Assembly (NCBI GenBank): GCA_046758365.1
Contig: JBHIAC010000034.1
Location: 1-22,965, forward strand
DNA from: a bacterium
GTDB taxonomy: Bacteria; Zhuqueibacterota; Zhuqueibacteria; Oceanimicrobiales; Oceanimicrobiaceae
Direction: 5' to 3'
DNA: 22,965 nt
This document shows, piece by piece, positions 1 through 8,996 of the stretch. A model generated the notes under the pieces. That model was not told where the DNA came from. It saw nothing but the letters and a program-made list of their open reading frames with translations, and searched no databases. A program made the translations under genes and the position numbers. Every line of letters begins with the position of its first letter. The stretch's first letter is position 1.

Positions 1-1
1 C

Positions 2-406
2 GCTGTGGCTTTGGAAAACAAGGGACTCATTGTGCCGTTTATCAAAAACGCCGATGGTATGAATCTTTTAGGCATTGCTCGAACTGGAAACGATTTAGCC
101 CAACGCGCACGAAGTAAAAAATTAAAACCTGAAGAAGTACAGGACGGTACCTTTTCCATTACTAATATGGGAGTATTTGGCAGCCTCATGGGTTTGCCCA
201 TCATAAATCAGCCTCAAGTTGCGATTTTAGGAGTCGGGGTCATTCAGAAACGCCCCGTTGTCATGAATGATGCCATCGCAATTCGGGATATGATGTATAT
301 TTCATTATCCTTCGACCATCGAATTGTCGATGGTGCATTAGCAGGTCAATTCCTTGAAAGAATCGCTTACTATTTAACGAATTTCGATATTAATAAAAAT
401 TTGTGA
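2..406 (+). CDS. 2-oxoacid dehydrogenase E2 (dihydrolipoamide acyltransferase), C-terminal catalytic domain, 5'-partial
   Basis: Motifs [21 protein letters not shown] and catalytic SFDHRIVDG. Frame is open from the window edge; adjacent to lipA. Which complex (PDH/OGDH/BCKDH) cannot be decided. Confidence 0.95.
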   Translation, partial: AVALENKGLIVPFIKNADGMNLLGIARTGNDLAQRARSKKLKPEEVQDGTFSITNMGVFGSLMGLPIINQPQVAILGVGVIQKRPVVMNDAIAIRDMMYISLSFDHRIVDGALAGQFLERIAYYLTNFDINKNL

Positions 407-413
407 TTGTATA

Positions 414-1301
414 GTGTGGAAAAACAGCAATATAAATCAGAAACCGCACCAAAAACGACCTGAATGGTTAAAGGTGCGGTTACCTTTTGGTGGAGGGTAC
501 AATGACGTTAAACAAGTAGTCCAGAAAAATAGACTCCATACTGTTTGTGAAGAAGCATGCTGTCCAAACATTGGTGAATGTTGGGGAAGGCGAACTGCAA
601 CTTTTATGATTTTGGGAGATGTTTGCACCCGTAGTTGTGGCTTTTGTGCAGTCAAAACAGGAAAGCCTAATTTTTTAGATTTAGATGAACCTCGACGAGT
701 TGCAGAGGCTGTGAAAAAAATGGTGCTGAAACACACGGTAATTACCTCGGTGAATCGAGATGAATTACCTGATGGCGGTGCAAGCATGTTTGCGGAAACC
801 ATTCGCCAAATCAAATTGCTAGTGCCAGACTGTAGAGTAGAAGTTCTAATACCAGATTTTAAGGGAGATTTATCTGCTTTGCACCTGGTGATTGATGCAA
901 ATCCCGATATTTTAAATCACAATACCGAGACCGTCCCGCGTTTATATCGCCCGGTACGTCCACAAGGTAATTACGAATGGTCTTTAAAAATCTTGAAATC
1001 GGCCAAAGAAATGGGCAGCGTAACAAAATCTGGTTTGATGTTAGGAATCGGGGAAACCACGGAAGAAGTACTCGATGTAATGGCTGATTTAAGTCGCATT
1101 CAAGTCGATATATTAACTTTGGGTCAATATTTACAGCCTACAAAAAGTCATTTACCGGTAATCCGATTTGTTCATCCAAATGAATTTTTCATGCTTAAAA
1201 AGGAAGGCTTGAAGTTGGGGTTCAACCATGTTGAGTCTGGGCCACTTGTAAGGAGTTCCTATCATGCTGACGAACAGATTTTAGAAGATATTATTAATTG
1301 A
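414..1301 (+). CDS. lipA: Lipoyl synthase
   Basis: [12 protein letters not shown] (CX4CX5C), radical-[12 protein letters not shown]-terminal [12 protein letters not shown] start is uncertain. Confidence 0.97.
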   Translation: MWKNSNINQKPHQKRPEWLKVRLPFGGGYNDVKQVVQKNRLHTVCEEACCPNIGECWGRRTATFMILGDVCTRSCGFCAVKTGKPNFLDLDEPRRVAEAVKKMVLKHTVITSVNRDELPDGGASMFAETIRQIKLLVPDCRVEVLIPDFKGDLSALHLVIDANPDILNHNTETVPRLYRPVRPQGNYEWSLKILKSAKEMGSVTKSGLMLGIGETTEEVLDVMADLSRIQVDILTLGQYLQPTKSHLPVIRFVHPNEFFMLKKEGLKLGFNHVESGPLVRSSYHADEQILEDIIN

Positions 1302-1333
1302 GTTTTCATGCTTTGACTGACTAAAAAAAAGTC

Positions 1334-1362
1334 TTGACTTTTTGTCAATTTCCTATTACATT
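1334..1362 (+). promoter_or_regulatory. Putative sigma70 promoter upstream of tRNA-Val/thrS
   Basis: TTGACT (1334-1339), 17 bp spacer, TACATT (1357-1362); A-tract upstream. Confidence 0.55.
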
Positions 1363-1462
1363 TAAAATGTGATATTGTAAATATTTTTACTTTAAATCAT
1401 TAATAATTTAAATAAAACAAGCAGAAGGTATTAATTTAGAATTGTGCTATAGATAAAAATAT

Positions 1463-1499
1463 AAAAGCGTGACCATTTTATTTATGGCACGCTTTTTTT
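1463..1499 (+). terminator. Intrinsic terminator-like hairpin just upstream of tRNA-Val
   Basis: AAAAGCGTG-A-CCAT / 7-nt loop / ATGG-CACGC followed by T7. Confidence 0.65.
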
Positions 1500-1514
1500 G
1501 CATTGGCTGGAATA

Positions 1515-1588
1515 GGGCGCTTAGCTCAGTTGGTTAGAGTACTTGCTTGACATGCAAGAGGTCACTGGTTCAAATCCAGTAGCGCCCA
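1515..1588 (+). tRNA. tRNA-Val(GAC); CCA not encoded
   Basis: Cloverleaf: acceptor GGGCGCT/AGCGCCC, D arm GCTC..GAGT, anticodon arm CTTGC-TTGACAT-GCAAG, T arm ACTGG-TTCAAAT-CCAGT, discriminator A. Confidence 0.97.
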
Positions 1589-1617
1589 CTTTTAATTTTT
1601 ATGGCAATGAGTAAAAT

Positions 1618-3564
1618 ATGTCAGAATTGGATAAAATAAAAATTAAATTTCCCGACGGAAGTACTAAAGAGTACCCAAAGGGAGTGCGTCCGCAAGAAAT
1701 TATAGACGCAATAGGTAGTCAATCCTTGAAAGAAAAGGCGGTAGTTGCTAAAGTCAATGGAAAATTGGTTGATTTAAACAGACCTATTTATGAAGACACG
1801 ACTCTTAACATTATTACGTATGAAGATCCAGAGGGATTAGAGACCTATTGGCACAGCACTTCCCATATTATGGCCCATGCGGTTAAAAAGCTTTATCCGG
1901 AAGCTCAGTTCGGGGTTGGTCCTCCAATCGAGAACGGTTTCTATTATGACATTGATGTGAATTCCCCAATCAACCAGGATGATTTAGAACTGATCGAGAA
2001 AAAGATGCAAGAAATCATCGATGCTGACAAACCATTTCTACGGGATGAACTTTCGAAAGGGGAGGCCATAGAATTATTTAAAAAACAAGGGGACCGCTAT
2101 AAAATTGAACTTCTTGAAGATATGGATGATAACCATCCCAGTATATATAGTGAAGGAGATTTTATAGATTTGTGTCGTGGTCCTCATTTGCCTTCAACGG
2201 GCAAAGTTAAAACATTTAAGCTGTTAAACATAGCGGGAGCCTATTGGCGTGGTGATGAAAAGAATAAAATGCTCCAAAGAATTTATGGTATTTCTTTTCC
2301 CAAAAAGAAACAATTAGATGAATATCTCCAAAAATTAGAAGAAGCAAAGCGCCGAGACCATAGAAAGTTAGGTAAAGAACTGGAGCTGTTTTTAATTACC
2401 CCGAAAGTGGGCAGTGGGCTGCCTCTTTGGTTGCCGAAAGGGACCGTGATTCGTGAGACCTTGGAGAATTTTTTACGTGAGGAACAGCGCAAACGAGGCT
2501 ATTTACCTGTTATTACGCCTCATATTGGTAACATAGAATTGTATAAAACCAGTGGGCATTATCCATATTACAAAGAAAGCCAGTATGAGCCTCTAAAGGC
2601 TGAAGAGCAAGAATATTTACTGAAACCTATGAATTGTCCGCATCACTTTCAAATATATGCGGCCAAACCACGCAGTTATCGGGACCTTCCTATTCGACTG
2701 TCTGAATTTGGTACGGTTTATCGGTATGAACAGTCGGGTGAATTGAACGGTCTAATAAGGGTTCGAAGCTTCACCATTGATGATTCTCATATGTTTGTGC
2801 GGCAAGACCAACTCAAAAGTGAACTTTATGATGTTATTGACTTAATCAAACTAATATTTAATACTTTGGGGTTTAAGGACTTTAAAACTCAATTATCATT
2901 CATCGATCCAGAGAATCCTGATAAATATGCCGGAAGCCATGAACTTTGGGGAAAGGCTCAAAAGGATATTCAGGAAGCAGCCGATGCACATGATTTAAAT
3001 TATAATGTAGCATTGGGGGAAGCTGCGTTTTATGGTCCTAAGCTCGACTTTATAATTCGTGACGTATTGGGACGTAACTGGCAGCTTGGCACGGTGCAAG
3101 TAGATTACTTTATGCCTGAGCGATTTAATTTAGAGTATGTCGGAAGTGATAACCAAAAACATCGACCTGTGGTTATTCACAGGGCACCATTTGGATCCAT
3201 GGAGCGATTTATAGGTATATTAATCGAGCATTTTGCTGGTGCTTTTCCTGTTTGGTTGGCCCCAGTTCAGGTTATTGTTTTACCAATTACTGATGAATAT
3301 ATTGATTATGCAAAACAAGTTTATGAAAAATTAATTTCAGCAGAGCTTCTAGCGAAATTAGATGAACGCAGTGAAAAAATTGGCTACAAAATACGAGAAG
3401 CAGAGACACAAAAAATCCCATATATGTTAATCGTGGGTAAAGAGGAAGTTACGAATAATTTAGTGGCTGTCCGAAAAAGAAGGGAAGGTGATTTGGGGAA
3501 ATCCACTTTGGGTAATTTTCTGAAAAGAATAAAAAAAGAAATTCATGGAAAATCTTTGAACTAA
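1618..3564 (+). CDS. thrS: Threonine--tRNA ligase
   Basis: TGS N-terminus, editing motifs WHSTSHIMAHA and DLCRGPH, KPMNCP, FYGPKLD, HRAPFGSMERF; followed by infC. Confidence 0.98.
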   Translation: MSELDKIKIKFPDGSTKEYPKGVRPQEIIDAIGSQSLKEKAVVAKVNGKLVDLNRPIYEDTTLNIITYEDPEGLETYWHSTSHIMAHAVKKLYPEAQFGVGPPIENGFYYDIDVNSPINQDDLELIEKKMQEIIDADKPFLRDELSKGEAIELFKKQGDRYKIELLEDMDDNHPSIYSEGDFIDLCRGPHLPSTGKVKTFKLLNIAGAYWRGDEKNKMLQRIYGISFPKKKQLDEYLQKLEEAKRRDHRKLGKELELFLITPKVGSGLPLWLPKGTVIRETLENFLREEQRKRGYLPVITPHIGNIELYKTSGHYPYYKESQYEPLKAEEQEYLLKPMNCPHHFQIYAAKPRSYRDLPIRLSEFGTVYRYEQSGELNGLIRVRSFTIDDSHMFVRQDQLKSELYDVIDLIKLIFNTLGFKDFKTQLSFIDPENPDKYAGSHELWGKAQKDIQEAADAHDLNYNVALGEAAFYGPKLDFIIRDVLGRNWQLGTVQVDYFMPERFNLEYVGSDNQKHRPVVIHRAPFGSMERFIGILIEHFAGAFPVWLAPVQVIVLPITDEYIDYAKQVYEKLISAELLAKLDERSEKIGYKIREAETQKIPYMLIVGKEEVTNNLVAVRKRREGDLGKSTLGNFLKRIKKEIHGKSLN

Positions 3565-3583
3565 TTAGAAAGGGATAACGGCC

Positions 3584-4093
3584 ATTCAAAAAAAAACAAT
3601 TCGTGTCAATAACCAAATAAAAGCGCCGAAAGTTCGAGTTATAGGTAGTGACGGTCAGCAAATCGGAATAAAAAATATAACTGAAGCTTTAGACATTGCA
3701 GCTAGCCAAGGATTCGATTTAGTAGAAGTTGCTTCAGAAGCTAAACCTCCAGTGTGCAAATTAATGGACTATGGAAAGTTCAAATATAAGCAAAGTAAAA
3801 AAGAAAAATCCACAAAAAAGAAACAGCACATAGTACATGTAAAAGAGATTCGATTGCGACCCAAAATAGAGGAACATGATTTTAACTTTAAAACCAACAA
3901 TGCTCGAAAGTTTCTAGAAAAAGGCAATAAAGTTAAAGCCACAGTATTATTTAGAGGTAGAGAATTAGCGCACCTCGAATATGCAAATGAGCTACTGCAA
4001 AGAATGGCGGAGAAACTGGAAGATATTGCCAAAGTAGAACGTGAGCCAGTAATGGAAGGCCGAACAATGATCATGTATTTAACTAAAAAATAA
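3584..4093 (+). CDS. infC: Translation initiation factor IF-3 (169 aa, ATT start; ORF track truncates it at 3752)
   Basis: In-frame upstream extension [28 protein letters not shown]...[24 protein letters not shown] is the IF3 N-domain; SD-like AGAAAGGGA 3567-3575 precedes ATT 3584. Confidence 0.93.
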   Translation: MQKKTIRVNNQIKAPKVRVIGSDGQQIGIKNITEALDIAASQGFDLVEVASEAKPPVCKLMDYGKFKYKQSKKEKSTKKKQHIVHVKEIRLRPKIEEHDFNFKTNNARKFLEKGNKVKATVLFRGRELAHLEYANELLQRMAEKLEDIAKVEREPVMEGRTMIMYLTKK

Positions 4094-4112
4094 AAACAAA
4101 ATAGAGGTTGAA

Positions 4113-4304
4113 ATGCCAAAATTAAAATCAAATCGAGGAGCCGTAAAAAGATTCAAGTTGACTGGGTCGGGAAAAATTAAGCGTTTTAAATCTTGTAAAA
4201 GTCATATATTAACAAAGAAAACCAGAAAAAGAAAAAGAAAATTGAGACATTCATCACTTATTGCATCTGTGGATGAAAAACGAGTAAATAAAATGTTAGC
4301 CTAA
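4113..4304 (+). CDS. rpmI: 50S ribosomal protein L35
   Basis: [30 protein letters not shown]; infC-rpmI-rplT order. Confidence 0.97.
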   Translation: MPKLKSNRGAVKRFKLTGSGKIKRFKSCKSHILTKKTRKRKRKLRHSSLIASVDEKRVNKMLA

Positions 4305-4317
4305 TATTGGAGGTAAT

Positions 4318-4671
4318 ATGCCGAGAGCGAAATATAGTGTACCATCTCATAGAAGAAAGAAAAAAATTCTCAAGCAAGCCAAAGGGTATTGGGGAGGCAA
4401 AAGCAATTTAATTAAAACTGCTAAGGAAAGTGTAGAAAAAGCATTACAATATTCCTATCGAGATAGAAGACAAAGAAAACGTGTATTTCGTAAATTATGG
4501 ATTGCACGAATCAATGCAGCGATACGTCAAAATGGTATGAATTATTCAAGTTTTATGAATGGATTAAAAAGGAATAATGTGCAAATAAACCGTAAAATAT
4601 TAGCTGATATGGCAGTTCACGATCCCGAGGCGTTAAAAAATCTTGTACAAATTGCTCAGAATGAAAAATAA
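4318..4671 (+). CDS. rplT: 50S ribosomal protein L20
   Basis: [47 protein letters not shown]. Confidence 0.98.
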   Translation: MPRAKYSVPSHRRKKKILKQAKGYWGGKSNLIKTAKESVEKALQYSYRDRRQRKRVFRKLWIARINAAIRQNGMNYSSFMNGLKRNNVQINRKILADMAVHDPEALKNLVQIAQNEK

Positions 4672-5699
4672 TGTCAGAAACCATAAATACATTTTTACAG
4701 GAATTAGAACATTTTCAAAATAATTTTAAGGAAGAACTACAAGTAATAAAAGACCCCTCTGGACTTCAAGAAATTCGAACAAAATATTTGGGACGAAAAG
4801 GGGAACTTTCGCAGTATTTTAAAAAATTAAAGACCCTTGCTCCTGAAGTTCGACCTAAATTGGGGGAAGTCTTAAATAATATTAAAAAACAAATAAGTAG
4901 TGAAATAGAAAAATTACAATTATCAATTAGCTCTACAATAGAAGAGGGGAAATATATTGATTTATCCCTTCCTGGAATATCACCGGATGTGGGATACAGA
5001 CATCCCTTAATGAAAGTGATGGATGAAATAAAAGATATTTTTTCAGGTATGGGATTTAGTATTGAAACTGGGCCAGAAGTAGAAACAGAATACTATAATT
5101 TTGAAGCTTTGAATTTTCCATCAGATCATCCATCGCGGGATTTACAAGACACGTTCTATTTAAAGAATGGCTATTTGCTTCGTACTCATACTTCTCCTGT
5201 TCAAATTCGAACTATGGAGAAACGTAAGCCTCCTATTCGTATCATTGCACCGGGTCGCTGTTTTCGAAAGGATACTCCTGATGCTACTCACTCTCCCGAA
5301 TTTCACCAGGTAGAAGGATTAGTCGTCGATAAAGGTATTACCTTAGCTCATTTAAAGGGGACTTTATTAGCTTTTGCGAGGAAACTATTTGGACCACAAA
5401 TGCATATTCGGTTTCGCCCTAGTTTCTTTCCATTTACTGAGCCTAGTGCAGAATATGATTTTTCTTGTGTAATTTGCAGTGGCAAAGGTTGTCGAATATG
5501 CAAATATAGCGGCTGGTTAGAAATTTCAGGGGCAGGCATGGTAGATCCGGCCGTGTTTGGTTATGTAGACTATGATGACGAAATATACACCGGTTATGCC
5601 TGGGGGATGGGAGTTGAACGCATAGCTATGATGAAGTATCAAATTGACGATATTCGTCATTTCTATGAAAACGATATGCGATTTTTAGCTCAATTTTAA
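4671..5699 (+). CDS. pheS: Phenylalanine--tRNA ligase alpha subunit
   Basis: HPSRDLQDTF, LRTHTSPVQ, FHQVEG, FPFTEPS, GMGVERIAM; start overlaps the rplT stop (TAATG). Confidence 0.98.
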   Translation: MSETINTFLQELEHFQNNFKEELQVIKDPSGLQEIRTKYLGRKGELSQYFKKLKTLAPEVRPKLGEVLNNIKKQISSEIEKLQLSISSTIEEGKYIDLSLPGISPDVGYRHPLMKVMDEIKDIFSGMGFSIETGPEVETEYYNFEALNFPSDHPSRDLQDTFYLKNGYLLRTHTSPVQIRTMEKRKPPIRIIAPGRCFRKDTPDATHSPEFHQVEGLVVDKGITLAHLKGTLLAFARKLFGPQMHIRFRPSFFPFTEPSAEYDFSCVICSGKGCRICKYSGWLEISGAGMVDPAVFGYVDYDDEIYTGYAWGMGVERIAMMKYQIDDIRHFYENDMRFLAQF

Positions 5700-5726
5700 A
5701 TTAATATTTTTCAAACTCGAATAGTT

Positions 5727-8105
5727 GTGAAAGTAACATTTGATTGGCTAAAGTCTTACGTTGATTTCAATTATAGCCCTGAGGAGCTTGCTAATACGTT
5801 AACGATGTTGGGCCTGGAGGTGGATTCCCTCGAATATCAATCAAGGAATTTTGATGGGGTTGTTGTTGGACGAATTATAAAAAAAGAAAATCATCAAAAA
5901 TCCAACCATCTTTGGGTATGTAAAGTTGATATAGGCAAACGTAAACTTTCAATAGTTTGTGGGGCACCAAATATCCAAGTAGGACAAAAAGTACCTGTTG
6001 CACCGGAAGGAACCAGCTTACCGGGTGGTAAATCCATTAAACTCAACCATATTAGAGGTGTTGAATCTCAGGGCATGATTTGTTCTGAAGCTGAGTTGGG
6101 CATTTCTAACAAAAGTGAAGGAATTATGGTGCTTGACGAGCAAGCTGAAGTTGGCAGTAAATTGAGTGATGTACTTGGGCAGGGAGAGATTGTTATAGAT
6201 ATAGAGGTAACGCCTAATAGACCTGATTGTTATGGTGTCATTGGAATAGCACGTGACATTGCTGCTTTTACTGGTACTAAATTGCGAAAGCCAAATGTAA
6301 ATTTAACAGAGGGGCAGCATCCTATAATAGAATTTATAAATATAGAAATTTGGGATGCAGAGAAATGCCCTCGATATACAGCCCGTTTTATTGGCAATGT
6401 AAAAATCCAACCTTCTCCTTGGTGGCTAACTCAAAAGCTCGAGGCCGTGGGGATACGATCTATTAACAACGTAGTGGATGTTACTAATTATATTATGATG
6501 GAAACAGGCCAGCCTCTTCACGCTTTTGATTACGATTTACTTAAAAGAAAAAAAATCATTGTAAAGACTGCCTCCAACGGAGAAAAATTCACTACCTTAG
6601 ATGAGAGAAATCATACTTTAAGCTCCAATTGCTTAATGATTTGTGACGACGAAAGAGCCGTGGCAATAGGTGGAGTTATGGGTGGTTTAAATTCAGAAGT
6701 TTCTGATAGCACGAAAAATATCTTACTAGAAAGTGCCTATTTTGATCCAGTCAACATTCGTCGTACTTCTAAATTACTAGTTATTTCAACGGAATCATCC
6801 CGACGATTTGAAAGGGGAACCGATCCCAATGGTGTTGTTTATGCCCTTGATAGAGCTGCCCAACTTATTGCCGATTTAACGGAGGGCGTGATGGCCAAAG
6901 GGTTCATCGATGTTTATCCAAATCCAATAAAACCCAAGAGAATTGGGCTGAGACCCCAAAGAGTTCAACGCGTATTAGGTAAGAATATATCAACTAACGA
7001 AATTAAATCACATCTGTCCTGTCTTGAATTTAAAATTACTGAAAATAAAAGCCTCAAAGTTGAAGTCCCAACCTTTAGACCCGATGTCACGCGGGAAGTA
7101 GATTTAATTGAGGAAGTGGCGAGAATACATGGATATGACAATATTCCTGCAGATACATCTGCGTTAATCGAGCAATCAGCACCTAAGAATTTGCTTGAAA
7201 TATTCACAAAAAATATCAAAAATAGTTTAGTTTCTTTTGGCTTATCTGAAGTTGTTACTTATTGCATGACCAGTAAAAACAATGGAGAGTTATATTCAGG
7301 TGACAAGAAAGTCGTTCTATTAACTAACCCGATAAGTGAAGATTTATCATGTTTAAGACCGAGTTTGATTCCTGGACTTTTAGAGGTGGTACGATGGAAT
7401 ATAAATCATAATAACAAAAATTTAAAAATCTTTGAGATCGGTCATGTATTTTTTTCAAATAATGATAATAATATCTTAGAATCGACAAAAGTGGCAGGTG
7501 CATTAACAGGATTCACATCAGAAGAAAGTTGGGCAATAAAACCAAATTCTGTAGATTTTTATATTATTAAAGGTCTCGTTGAAAATTTACTTATAAGGAA
7601 TTTCATTACTAACTGGAATTTTGTCCCAAGTAAAAGTAGAATTACAGATAGTCAAACTTTAGATATTAAGATTGATCAAAAATTGATAGGATTCTTTGGT
7701 AAACTCAAAAAGGAAATTCTTGAAAAAAGTGACATCAATCAACCTGTATTTGTTTTTGAATTTGATTTTTCAATGCTTCAAAAGGCAGTCAATTGGCATC
7801 GAATTTATTCAGCCATTCCAAAATTTCCAGCTATAAAACGAGATATTGCATTAGTGGTTAATTACGCTATTGATGCGGAAAAAATTGCCAATGCCATACA
7901 AATCAATGGCGGAAAGTTTCTTCAAAATATACGACTCTTTGATGTTTTTACTGGTAAACAGATTGGAACAGGTCTAAAAAGTCTTGCTTTCAACCTAACT
8001 TTTTATTCATCTGAAAGAACACTTACTGAAGAAGAAGTAGATTCACAAATCAAAATAATACTTGATGCGTTATCTAAAAAATATTCAGCTCGCCTCAGGG
8101 AGTAA
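5727..8105 (+). CDS. pheT: Phenylalanine--tRNA ligase beta subunit
   Basis: IVCGAPN, SQGMICS, TPNRPD, GQPLHAFD, RFERG, DLIEEVARIHGY, C-terminal FDX-ACB domain; GTG start. Confidence 0.97.
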   Translation: MKVTFDWLKSYVDFNYSPEELANTLTMLGLEVDSLEYQSRNFDGVVVGRIIKKENHQKSNHLWVCKVDIGKRKLSIVCGAPNIQVGQKVPVAPEGTSLPGGKSIKLNHIRGVESQGMICSEAELGISNKSEGIMVLDEQAEVGSKLSDVLGQGEIVIDIEVTPNRPDCYGVIGIARDIAAFTGTKLRKPNVNLTEGQHPIIEFINIEIWDAEKCPRYTARFIGNVKIQPSPWWLTQKLEAVGIRSINNVVDVTNYIMMETGQPLHAFDYDLLKRKKIIVKTASNGEKFTTLDERNHTLSSNCLMICDDERAVAIGGVMGGLNSEVSDSTKNILLESAYFDPVNIRRTSKLLVISTESSRRFERGTDPNGVVYALDRAAQLIADLTEGVMAKGFIDVYPNPIKPKRIGLRPQRVQRVLGKNISTNEIKSHLSCLEFKITENKSLKVEVPTFRPDVTREVDLIEEVARIHGYDNIPADTSALIEQSAPKNLLEIFTKNIKNSLVSFGLSEVVTYCMTSKNNGELYSGDKKVVLLTNPISEDLSCLRPSLIPGLLEVVRWNINHNNKNLKIFEIGHVFFSNNDNNILESTKVAGALTGFTSEESWAIKPNSVDFYIIKGLVENLLIRNFITNWNFVPSKSRITDSQTLDIKIDQKLIGFFGKLKKEILEKSDINQPVFVFEFDFSMLQKAVNWHRIYSAIPKFPAIKRDIALVVNYAIDAEKIANAIQINGGKFLQNIRLFDVFTGKQIGTGLKSLAFNLTFYSSERTLTEEEVDSQIKIILDALSKKYSARLRE

Positions 8106-8125
8106 TTTCAAATGGAGTTAAAATT

Positions 8126-8407
8126 ATGGAAATGGAACAATTAGAGATTCTTGAAACCAAGATAAATCAAGCAGTTGAACTTATTGGAAAATTGAAGAAA
8201 GAAAATCAAGAAATGCTAAATTCGAATAGAGAACTTCGTACTGAATCTGAATCAAAAGATTTAATTATTCAGCAATTAAAAGAAGAAAATAAGAATCTTC
8301 AACAGATGCACTCTAAATCTTCATTAGGCAAAGAAAAAGAAGAAAAAATAAAGAGTAAAGTTGAACAGATGTTATCTCGACTTGACGATCTTCAATTAAA
8401 TATATAA
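8126..8407 (+). CDS. Coiled-coil protein, ZapB-like
   Basis: LEILETKINQAVELIGKLKKEN heptads and KSKVEQMLSRLD end; lies between pheT and zapA. Confidence 0.7.
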   Translation: MEMEQLEILETKINQAVELIGKLKKENQEMLNSNRELRTESESKDLIIQQLKEENKNLQQMHSKSSLGKEKEEKIKSKVEQMLSRLDDLQLNI

Positions 8408-8501
8408 ACTTTTCCGGAAATTAAGATTTGTGTTTTTATAAATAAGACTTAGACGATTTCATCAATTTAATCATTTAACCCTATAGGGATAGCGATAAAT
8501 A

Positions 8502-8813
8502 ATGGATCAAGATAGTGGGGTTCTTAAAATTAATATTTATGGCACAGAATATCCTATCAAAAGTGACACAGAAACCGATACTGAGTACATAAAACAGGTC
8601 GCTGAATATGTTGATAGAAAGATGAGAGAAATCGATCAAAATATTCAGGCGAAATCCTCTCTTAAGGTAGCTATTCTTGCAGCTTTAAATATAACTGATG
8701 AATTATTTAGTGAAAGGGAGAAAAAACAGTCGCTGCTAATAAATATGGTGGAAAAAATAAGAAATCTATCAAATTTGTTAGACCATAGTCTCAAAAACGA
8801 TTTTGAAAAATAG
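8502..8813 (+). CDS. zapA: Cell division protein ZapA
   Basis: INIYGTEYPIK, YVDRKMREI, VAILAALNITDELF. Confidence 0.93.
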   Translation: MDQDSGVLKINIYGTEYPIKSDTETDTEYIKQVAEYVDRKMREIDQNIQAKSSLKVAILAALNITDELFSEREKKQSLLINMVEKIRNLSNLLDHSLKNDFEK

Positions 8814-8996
8814 TAGCTCAATGTTTTCGCCTGTTAAAATCTGACAATTACCATCACACAAATCTCACCTTTCAAAGTCTTATTTATTTGAATAAGCACA
8901 AATCTTTCCGGTTTACTATTTAATTAGTTAACTATCTAAACCTTTAATATTATTTGTTCAATTTTTTAAACAAGTATTATAGGTTAGGTGTAATTT

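Noticed and set aside
1363..1514. T-box riboswitch or Thr leader peptide upstream of thrS
   Set aside because: No T-box consensus or specifier stem and no Thr-rich mini-ORF.
3588..3596. A9 tract at the start of infC as a frameshift or phase-variation site
   Set aside because: The frame is intact from ATT 3584 through the IF3 domains; the tract simply encodes Gln-Lys-Lys-Thr.
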